From a virus, in the IMG/VR virus record IMGVR_UViG_3300029258_005088: DNA of 64,000 nt; one strand, written 5' to 3'. Shown piece after piece: positions 18,752 through 25,103 of the stretch. How positions within the stretch are numbered: position 1 is the first letter of the stretch; every line of letters starts with the position of its first letter. The notes beneath the pieces were generated by a model. That model made no database searches, was not told the origin of the DNA, and was given only the letters and a program-made list of their open reading frames with translations. A program made the position numbers and the translations under genes.

Positions 18752-19174
18752 TCAGCCGCTATAGGCTTTGAGCATCGTGGACAGAACGCGGGCGTTCGAA
18801 GAGGACGCCTTCTTCGGAAGACTCAAGTCGGGCATGCCGGATCCGGTCTCCGTGGTAATGTTCTTACCACTGGTCGAGATCTCGGTGGCTCCGGTTTCCT
18901 GAGCGGACTTGCCCTTGGTGGGATCGTCGTCGAGCTTCTGCTCGCCCTTGCCGTAGCCCTTGTTCTTGTTCTCCATCTTCTTGCCCGTGGCGGACGACGG
19001 AGTGGTATTGACGGAGGCTCTCACCTGCTCGACTCCCTGGTCCTCGGCTTTCTTGTTCAAGCCAGCGGCGGCAAGCTTCTGGTTGAGTGCGCCTGCGAGC
19101 TCTCCTACACCGGCTTCTTCCGCGGCGGTCTTCTCCAGAATGAGTTCGACTCCTGCCTGTAGTCTGGGTTGCAT
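18752..19174 (-). CDS. Low-complexity K-x-A-rich protein (possible internal head protein)
   Basis: AAGGAG RBS; 5 K-x-A motifs in 140 aa. Confidence 0.55.
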   Translation of the reverse strand: MQPRLQAGVELILEKTAAEEAGVGELAGALNQKLAAAGLNKKAEDQGVEQVRASVNTTPSSATGKKMENKNKGYGKGEQKLDDDPTKGKSAQETGATEISTSGKNITTETGSGMPDLSLPKKASSSNARVLSTMLKAYSG

Positions 19175-19197
19175 GTCTTATCTCCTTGGTTGAGATT

Positions 19198-19215
19198 CTG
19201 AATACGCGTATTCAG
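19198..19215. promoter_or_regulatory. Perfect 18-bp palindrome CTGAATACGCGTATTCAG (member of a dispersed family)
   Basis: Seen in sequence; relatives at 25013, 39457, 53189, 61845. Confidence 0.6.
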
Positions 19216-19222
19216 TTTTCAG

Positions 19223-20410
19223 TTATACGTGATTGAACCACCAGTCGCCGGAGGCCGTCTTGACCATGTCGGCTTTCTTCTTTTTCTTGTGCGGCTTGTT
19301 GGTGCCGCAGCCGCAGGAAGAACAGGCTTCCTTCTCGTTGCCTTCCATCTTCGGATCGGTGGTGATCTTCTGTTCCTTGATCGCGATGCCCAGCTCCTGG
19401 CCGTCCTGCTTGAGGTCTTCGTGCTGGGTCTGGTGGAGATCCGGACTAAGCTCTTCGGCACGCTTCTGCTGGCCGTAGAGATAGTCCCGGGTGGAGGGAT
19501 CCATCTTGAAAGCGTTCTCGAAACCTTGCTTGGCCTCTTCGCTGAAATCACCTGTGAAGCGGAAACGCATGCCTCGGTTCTCGTCCATGCCCGGGAACAT
19601 GCCGGGACGGAGGGAACGGGCGAAAGCGACGTTGTTCGGATGGCCGCAGCGGGCTGTCTTCTGGTAGCCGTCTGCATAGCCCTCGAGAGCGCCGGCCTTG
19701 TTCATCGGAGCCACGGGTGCGGGCTTCTTTTCGCGTCCGCCTGGAGCGTCCTTGTTTCCGAACCACTTCTTCAGAGCATGCTGAGGAAGCCACTCCCAAC
19801 CGGGCTTGACGTTGCTGTTGGAGTCATCCGTCCCTAGCTGGTCCATTATCCCTTTGGCCCCGAGTGCACCGGCACCTAGGCCAAGGCCCTTGTGGACACC
19901 CATGCTACGAAGCCTGTCGTGCATGGACTCTCTTGATCCTGCAGCAGTAGGGCCTACCTTCGGAGAGCCATCTGCATTGAAGTAGGGACTGGCAGCCGTA
20001 ACTCCGGCCGATCCTCCGACAGGCTTGTCGACACCTAGGCCACGGAGCTTGTCGACCAGACTCGAGGACGGTGCCGCCATGGCCTGCTTCTGTCCCAGAT
20101 CGTACGTCGGGACGTCTTCGGATGCTTCGTCCATCTCGGACATCAGGGAGGGGGCGCCTCCGGGAGTGTCTGGCTGGCGCTGCGTGACTGGATGCATTTG
20201 ATCGGCCGGAGGCATCTGCTCGACCGGAGGCAGTTGTCCGGGAGCCGCTCCCACGGCCTGGGCAAGTCCAGCGAGCTTGCTCTTCCATAATCTGACGTCG
20301 AAATCGTGTTGTATAGCTGCCTGTTTCTCGAGCGTACTCGGATGCAGCCTGGGGTCGTTGGTCAATAGATAGGCTTTGAAAAGATCCACTTCTGATGTGC
20401 TCATGAACAC
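19223..20410 (-). CDS. Low-complexity K-x-A-rich protein (possible internal head protein)
   Basis: 395 aa, Gly/Pro/Ala-rich, 9 K-x-A motifs, own promoter. Confidence 0.6.
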   Translation of the reverse strand: MFMSTSEVDLFKAYLLTNDPRLHPSTLEKQAAIQHDFDVRLWKSKLAGLAQAVGAAPGQLPPVEQMPPADQMHPVTQRQPDTPGGAPSLMSEMDEASEDVPTYDLGQKQAMAAPSSSLVDKLRGLGVDKPVGGSAGVTAASPYFNADGSPKVGPTAAGSRESMHDRLRSMGVHKGLGLGAGALGAKGIMDQLGTDDSNSNVKPGWEWLPQHALKKWFGNKDAPGGREKKPAPVAPMNKAGALEGYADGYQKTARCGHPNNVAFARSLRPGMFPGMDENRGMRFRFTGDFSEEAKQGFENAFKMDPSTRDYLYGQQKRAEELSPDLHQTQHEDLKQDGQELGIAIKEQKITTDPKMEGNEKEACSSCGCGTNKPHKKKKKADMVKTASGDWWFNHV

Positions 20411-20446
20411 TTCCTCCTGTTTAAGATAAGATAGTCAACTAGGAAA

Positions 20447-20475
20447 AATATACAAAGGGAAATGTTTATAGACAA
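20447..20475 (-). promoter_or_regulatory. Sigma70-like promoter
   Basis: TTGTCT-17 bp-TATATT. Confidence 0.55.
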
Positions 20476-20494
20476 GGATTTTCAAGTGATAGCT

Positions 20495-20530
20495 AAAAAA
20501 AGGAACGGTACCTCCGAAGAGGTCCGTTCC
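20495..20530 (-). terminator. Intrinsic terminator closing the ribozyme-array operon
   Basis: GGAACGG-ACCTC-TTCG-GAGGT-A-CCGTTCC followed by T7. Confidence 0.85.
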
Positions 20531-20534
20531 GAGT

Positions 20535-20939
20535 TTATTTGCCTTGAGCAAGCCTCCGTATCCTTGCGGAATGTTCGGCGGCAGACAACAGATGCGCCCA
20601 TAGGATCGTCATCTGTCGCTTGCTCGGGTATCCCATTACGTCATGGAAGTCCAGGTGTTCAGGCGCGTCTGCGATATCCTGCAGAGCGTCGACCAGCCAG
20701 ACCTGCTCATGATCGGTCATTGGCTCGAGGGCCAACGAGGTCTTGGCTACCTCGTGGAGGAATCGTGCTTCCTCCTTGAGGGTCATTCCCTTCGGAATGA
20801 TATCAGCCTCGACCGGGGCCTTAGAGACCTCCGATACCTCGACCGGGGCCTTCTCGGCCTCTTCCGTGGTATTGACGATTACTACGATGCCCGTGATGAC
20901 GAGCAAGACAACGATGATAGCGGTTAGCTTTTTCATCAT
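20535..20939 (-). CDS. Signal-anchored hypothetical protein (last gene of ribozyme array)
   Basis: AAGGAG RBS then MMKKLTAIIVVLLVITGIVVIV; VSKAPVE-type short repeat. Confidence 0.75.
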   Translation of the reverse strand: MMKKLTAIIVVLLVITGIVVIVNTTEEAEKAPVEVSEVSKAPVEADIIPKGMTLKEEARFLHEVAKTSLALEPMTDHEQVWLVDALQDIADAPEHLDFHDVMGYPSKRQMTILWAHLLSAAEHSARIRRLAQGK

Positions 20940-20954
20940 TTCTCCTTGGTTGGG

Positions 20955-21046
20955 GGTTTGAGCACTATTAGCCGGACTCACGCAGGGAAGGAGCCCTGCG
21001 CTACACCGGACCTCCCGGGCCTATTCCCGGGAGGCAGCCTTGCACC
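20955..21046 (-). ncRNA. Twister-sister-like ribozyme, copy 1
   Basis: GGU-GCAAG-GCU...P3(AAUAGG)...CCGG-UGUAG-[hairpin, CUCCUU loop]-UGAGU-CCGG...AGU-GCUCA-A-ACC; predicted cut 20960/20959. Confidence 0.75.
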
Positions 21047-21894
21047 TACTTGCAGTAAAGGACTGCACACCTATCCACCAGCTCCACCAGTTCCTCCAGG
21101 GGAAGGAGGCTGTGGGTGGAGGCCGTGAATCCGCCCTGATGGACGAACTTCACTCGATCATCCAGACGGACCTTTCGGAAGTCAAGGCCCAACTCGTCGT
21201 AGCGATACAACGAGTAACCGGATCCCCTGGTATCGGGTGTGATCGTGAACCCGATATCGGGGTGGAACCTTCGACGGAACTGATCCATCCCGAAGGCTCC
21301 TCTCTCCATGCCGTTGACGGCGGGCATGAAGAGCCCGGAGAGGCCGGCTGCCTGGACTAACTGCGAATGGTTCGCGTAGTCCTCCATGCGTCGGTCCAGA
21401 TGAGCTACGTGGCTGAAGAGATTCTCTCCGAGCCTCTTCAAACACTCCCATACGAAGTCTCCCGGTCTGATGACCTGGTGGCTTCCGAACTCATCCAGAA
21501 GCCATGACTCGATGGGATTGCTCATCAAGCAGCCGACCAGCTTGGCCGTGCCGATATTTGCCCACTGGGCCACACCGGCATTCCCCTTGTTATCCCGAAT
21601 AATCTTCGGGATATACCAGCCGAAGGCGTCTTGGAACGCCCTCGACATATCCATGGCCGACAGGACCATGGAGAAACAACAGTCCGTGGACGTCACTCCA
21701 TGGTGATCATAGTTGTTTCTCCAGGGCTCCCAGAGCCCTCCTTCGTCGAGAACCCATACGCTGGGGTCCTCGAGCTCTTCGGCCGTCGGCTCTCGCCGCT
21801 CTATGCGATCCACGCTAGTTGTATGGATCACGTCGGCACAGGCCTTCATCTCGTCGAAATGGGCCTTTCCATCGTGGGTCACTATGTAAGACAT
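21046..21894 (-). CDS. MYG1/UPF0160-like DHH-superfamily hydrolase (exonuclease-like)
   Basis: VTHDGKAHFDE, VLDEGG, YDHHG, FVHQGGF. Confidence 0.75.
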   Translation of the reverse strand: MSYIVTHDGKAHFDEMKACADVIHTTSVDRIERREPTAEELEDPSVWVLDEGGLWEPWRNNYDHHGVTSTDCCFSMVLSAMDMSRAFQDAFGWYIPKIIRDNKGNAGVAQWANIGTAKLVGCLMSNPIESWLLDEFGSHQVIRPGDFVWECLKRLGENLFSHVAHLDRRMEDYANHSQLVQAAGLSGLFMPAVNGMERGAFGMDQFRRRFHPDIGFTITPDTRGSGYSLYRYDELGLDFRKVRLDDRVKFVHQGGFTASTHSLLPLEELVELVDRCAVLYCK

Positions 21895-21913
21895 AGTTTA
21901 CTCCTTGGTTGGG

Positions 21914-22005
21914 GGTTTGAGCACTTTTAACCGGACTCACGCGGAGGAAGGAGCCTCCGCGCTACACCGGACCGGGAGCCCTATTGCTCCCGGCAGCCTT
22001 GCACC
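21914..22005 (-). ncRNA. Twister-sister-like ribozyme, copy 2
   Basis: Same core; P3 CCGGGAGC/GCUCCCGG; predicted cut 21919/21918. Confidence 0.75.
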
Positions 22006-22006
22006 G

Positions 22007-22330
22007 CTATACCCTGCTCATGTAAAGCATGAGCCTGCCGTCCCGTATGACTGGACGGCTGCTCTCGACCCTGCGAATGTCTCTTTCCCAGACGAACGCA
22101 ACGGGTTCCGGAAGGGGTATGTCTTCCGGAGCTACCCGAGGCTCAGTCTCGAAGATGTCTTCGAGCTGGTCCTCTACCGCCTGCTCGTACCGCTCCCGAC
22201 GGTACTGAGCTCTGAGGTAGACCTCGAATCGATCCCGGGAAAAGATCCGATACTGGCCGAAACTGGTTCTCACCAGCTTCCCGGTCGTGTGGTTGTCCCG
22301 GCGTTTGTGTTTCACGCTCTTTGGCGACAT
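22007..22330 (-). CDS. Hypothetical protein (array gene)
   Basis: ATG 22330 after AAGGAG; the ORF-track extension runs into the repeat. Confidence 0.7.
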   Translation of the reverse strand: MSPKSVKHKRRDNHTTGKLVRTSFGQYRIFSRDRFEVYLRAQYRRERYEQAVEDQLEDIFETEPRVAPEDIPLPEPVAFVWERDIRRVESSRPVIRDGRLMLYMSRV

Positions 22331-22350
22331 AAGGATCCTCCTTGGTTTGG

Positions 22351-22443
22351 GGTTTAAGCACACTTATTCGGACTCACGCGGAGGAAGGAGCCTCCGCGCT
22401 ACACCGATCCCCCCGGGCCTATCCCGGGGGGCTGCCATGCACC
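22351..22443 (-). ncRNA. Twister-sister-like ribozyme, copy 3 (GCUUA variant)
   Basis: P2 GCA/UGU and P4 UCGG/CCGA compensatory changes; predicted cut 22356/22355. Confidence 0.7.
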
Positions 22444-22478
22444 ACTAGGCCTTTTAACGTCCTGCCCAGGACATGGGT

Positions 22479-22739
22479 CTATACTGTCCCGACAAGCCTG
22501 TCGAGCCTACCCGGACTCGTGAAGTGGGTGCGTTCCTTCGCACCCTCCACGCGGTTGCCGTACTGGTCGCATTCTACGACCGTTACCTCCCACAGACCAT
22601 CACTGCCCGGGTCGAACGAGACCACCAAGCTATGGTTCTCCCAGTAATGACACCACAGAATGTTTCCTGGTTTGAACCACTCATCCACCGGCATCTCAGC
22701 CGGGCCGGGAAGGTCTTGTCTTTCGATTGCAGTCATCAT
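22479..22739 (-). CDS. Hypothetical protein (array gene)
   Basis: ATG 22739 after AAGGAG. Confidence 0.7.
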   Translation of the reverse strand: MMTAIERQDLPGPAEMPVDEWFKPGNILWCHYWENHSLVVSFDPGSDGLWEVTVVECDQYGNRVEGAKERTHFTSPGRLDRLVGTV

Positions 22740-22759
22740 AGCAATCCTCCTTGGTTTTG

Positions 22760-22850
22760 GGTTTAAGCACACTTATTCGGACTCACGGGAATTAAGGAGC
22801 TTCCCGCTACACCGATCCGGACGCCCTATTGCGTCCGGCTGCCATGCACC
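22760..22850 (-). ncRNA. Twister-sister-like ribozyme, copy 4 (GCUUA variant)
   Basis: P3 CCGGACGC/GCGUCCGG; insert stem CGGGAA/UUCCCG with CUCCUU; predicted cut 22765/22764. Confidence 0.7.
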
Positions 22851-22885
22851 GCTAGGCCTTTTAACGTCCTGCCCAGGACACGGGT

Positions 22886-23302
22886 CTACGCAGTCTTGAC
22901 CTCCTTCGGCAACAGACTGAAGTTCCCCTGGCGGATATTCCAGTCCACCAGCTTAACTATCTGATCCGGGAGAAGCCGCTTACCGACTCCGGATTCTACG
23001 ACGGCCACACAATCCCTCTTCCTTACGGGAGGAGGATTGTCACGATGCCAGTCGTAGAAGTGCTCGTACACGAGAGGGTCTGTGACCGACTCGTGAAAAG
23101 CACTGATGAGGGAGCGGCCACTGTGCTCTATCTCAGCACAGTCTGCGTAATACCCCAGAGTGAACCGACGGCCGGAGTACTCCAGTTTGGAGAACAGCTC
23201 CTCGAAGAGCGTCTCCACGACCTTCGTGTTCTGCTGCCGGAGTTCTTTCTTCATGCTGGGCCGTTCCTCGGCCAGCGCCAACAGTTCTTGGAACCTGTCC
23301 AT
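22886..23302 (-). CDS. Hypothetical protein (array gene)
   Basis: ATG 23302 after AAGGAG. Confidence 0.7.
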   Translation of the reverse strand: MDRFQELLALAEERPSMKKELRQQNTKVVETLFEELFSKLEYSGRRFTLGYYADCAEIEHSGRSLISAFHESVTDPLVYEHFYDWHRDNPPPVRKRDCVAVVESGVGKRLLPDQIVKLVDWNIRQGNFSLLPKEVKTA

Positions 23303-23320
23303 AACTATCTCCTTGTTGGG

Positions 23321-23404
23321 GGTTTGAGCACTTTTAACCGGACTCGGGCGGGGGAAGGCCCCCCGCCCTACACCGGACCTGCTAAATGCAGGCAGCCATG
23401 CACC
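23321..23404 (-). ncRNA. Twister-sister-like ribozyme, copy 5
   Basis: Short P3 CCUGC-AUUUA-GCAGG; insert stem GGGCGGGG/CCCCGCCC; predicted cut 23326/23325. Confidence 0.72.
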
Positions 23405-23508
23405 CTGCAAAGCCACTCCGTTACAAGCATCCCTGGGAGTCTCCAGGCCTTGTACGGGTATTGCGCGGCAATGCGTATGGGAGTTTAACGTCCTATCCCG
23501 GGACGGAC

Positions 23509-24048
23509 CTAGCAGGTGCTAGGCCGGAACGACTTCAGGGCGGCCTCTCTGGCCGGGTCTCCCTTGGCATCGTTCTTGAGGGCCTCAAGGGCCTCGTCCC
23601 CTGCCTTGAGCACTCGGTAATCATCCGAGAACGAATAATACCAATCCATCTTCTGCAGACGGACCAGGTACTCCTCGTCGCATACCAAAGGCTCTTTTTC
23701 GGGCTCTTCCTCGGGCTCTTCCTCAGGCTCTTCCGACTCCCGTATAGGGGGCCTGAAGGCGTCGACGAAGGATTTGAAGATGCCTGGCTTATCGCCTTTC
23801 TTCTTCGCCTTCGCCTTCGCCTTTGCCTTCGGACGGACGAGAATACTCTCGCCCAGCACGAATCTGCCCAGAGCCTGGGGGACGTCGTTGGGGGCTTCCC
23901 AGACGTCCTCGACGAAGACCGACAGGACACCCACGCCGGGGTGTCTGTTGGCGAACTCGAGCTCGGCCTCTTCCCTCGAAGAGGCGGCGGGGATTCCTAG
24001 ATGGCCGTGTTGGCCAGTGGAATCGTCATACCAGTTTACGATGAACAT
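23509..24048 (-). CDS. Hypothetical protein with KAKAKAK and EEPEEEP low-complexity tracts (array gene)
   Basis: ATG 24048 after AAGGAG; C-terminal DWYYSFSDD. Confidence 0.7.
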   Translation of the reverse strand: MFIVNWYDDSTGQHGHLGIPAASSREEAELEFANRHPGVGVLSVFVEDVWEAPNDVPQALGRFVLGESILVRPKAKAKAKAKKKGDKPGIFKSFVDAFRPPIRESEEPEEEPEEEPEKEPLVCDEEYLVRLQKMDWYYSFSDDYRVLKAGDEALEALKNDAKGDPAREAALKSFRPSTC

Positions 24049-24067
24049 GGTAATCTCCTTGGTTTGG

Positions 24068-24159
24068 GGTTTGAGCACAATTAACCGGACTCACGCGGAG
24101 GAAGGAGCCTCCGCGCTACACCGGACCTGTGACCCTATTGTCACAGGCTGCCTTGCACC
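24068..24159 (-). ncRNA. Twister-sister-like ribozyme, copy 6
   Basis: P3 CCUGUGAC/GUCACAGG; predicted cut 24073/24072. Confidence 0.75.
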
Positions 24160-24198
24160 GCTCGGGTAGATTAACGTCCTCCCCAGGACGGTTGTGCC

Positions 24199-24585
24199 TC
24201 AGACGAGCTCGTGCTCGTAATCGGCGTATTCCCACAGGTCCTTGGACTCGGAGTTCATATCGAAATCCACCTTCGTCAGTTCCTGGAGGAACCGGATCAA
24301 CCGGTTCCAGTAACGGAACTTGAAGCCTTCATAAGACATCGTCTCGAAGGTCTTAGACTCCTTGAACCCTGTACGGGACAGGGTCCTGGCGGACTCCTCG
24401 TGAACGGTGACGAACGTAAGCGTGTCCGTCGTTCCTTTCAGAGGAGGGGTTATGAGGGCGCAACGATCGATCAGCTTGTGACCGATCAGGATGCTCTCCT
24501 CGTTTACCCTGGACCGACCTGCGATCCATCCCGTGCCGATGAGTTCACGATTGATTCCGTCGATGAGCAGTTGATTAGCTGCCAT
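24199..24585 (-). CDS. Hypothetical protein (array gene)
   Basis: ATG 24585 after AAGGAG. Confidence 0.7.
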   Translation of the reverse strand: MAANQLLIDGINRELIGTGWIAGRSRVNEESILIGHKLIDRCALITPPLKGTTDTLTFVTVHEESARTLSRTGFKESKTFETMSYEGFKFRYWNRLIRFLQELTKVDFDMNSESKDLWEYADYEHELV

Positions 24586-24605
24586 AGGATATCTCCTTGG
24601 TTTGG

Positions 24606-24696
24606 GGTTTGAGCACAATTAACCGGACTCACGCGGAGGAAGGAACCTCCGCACTACACCGGACCGAGGACCCTATGCCCTCGGCTGCCATGCACC
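24606..24696 (-). ncRNA. Twister-sister-like ribozyme, copy 7
   Basis: P3 CCGAGG/CCUCGG; insert loop UUCCUU; predicted cut 24611/24610. Confidence 0.75.
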
Positions 24697-24698
24697 GC

Positions 24699-24878
24699 CT
24701 ACGTCCAGTCTTTGACGGCAGACCGGAGGAAGCCGTTTTCGACTTCTCTGCGCTTACGCGACAGAAAGGAGTCGAAACTCTCCTTTGGCTTATTTTGTTC
24801 CTCGCGACGGTTGTCACGCCTGCGTCTGGCGTGCGCCGATCGAAGACCGTTCCAAGCCTGCTCTGACCACTGACTCAT
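24699..24878 (-). CDS. 59-aa basic protein, first gene of the array (not in ORF track)
   Basis: AAGGAGG RBS; MSQWSEQAWNGLRSAHARRRRDNRREE...KDWT*. Confidence 0.7.
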   Translation of the reverse strand: MSQWSEQAWNGLRSAHARRRRDNRREEQNKPKESFDSFLSRKRREVENGFLRSAVKDWT

Positions 24879-24928
24879 GTGTACCTCCTTCTGTTTTGGG
24901 GTTATGTGTTGTGTAGAGCACTCGATTA

Positions 24929-24937
24929 ATTATGCCA
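24929..24937 (-). promoter_or_regulatory. Candidate extended -10 promoter for the array
   Basis: TG-G-CATAAT immediately after a terminator; no clear -35. Confidence 0.4.
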
Positions 24938-24938
24938 C

Positions 24939-24972
24939 AAAAAACCCCCGAATTAAGGTCTAAATCGGGGGT
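24939..24972 (-). terminator. Intrinsic terminator
   Basis: ACCCCCGA-13 nt-TCGGGGGT followed by a T run. Confidence 0.7.
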
Positions 24973-25044
24973 AATCATCCGACCCGAAGGGGGGTCCCCG
25001 GGGCCTGGAAAAGTGAATACGCATTCAGTTTTCAAGACGTAGCT

Positions 25045-25079
25045 AAAAGAAAAAACGAGCCGGCCCGAAGGCCGACCCG
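25045..25079 (-). terminator. Intrinsic terminator
   Basis: GGGTCGGCC-TTCG-GGCCGGCTC followed by GTTTTTTCTTTT. Confidence 0.8.
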
Positions 25080-25103
25080 CTGCGCTGAGGTTGGAGGCTT
25101 AAC

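Noticed and set aside
23675-23830. Short tandem repeats in ORF 23509-24048
   Set aside because: They encode low-complexity EEPEEEP and KAKAKAK linkers; not a contingency or DGR locus, and no reverse transcriptase nearby
22330-24618. ORF-track N-terminal extensions (MCLNPKPRR, MLKPQTKE, MCSNPKPRR, MSPANSAQ)
   Set aside because: They read through the repeat; the true starts follow the conserved AAGGAG
20942-24696. Repeats as a CRISPR array
   Set aside because: Units are ~90 nt with variable but covarying stems and are separated by whole genes (about 300-870 bp); no cas genes
20942-24696. Repeats as integron attC sites
   Set aside because: No RYYYAAC...GTTRRRY ends, not a single long imperfect palindrome, no integrase; the conservation pattern fits a multi-stem RNA
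20955-24696. Repeats as cobalamin riboswitches (GGUGC, AAUAGG, CCGGUG look similar)
   Set aside because: AAUAGG sits in a hairpin loop and is not followed by GAA, there is no B12 box (GCCACUG), and no B12-related genes; the twister-sister core fits better
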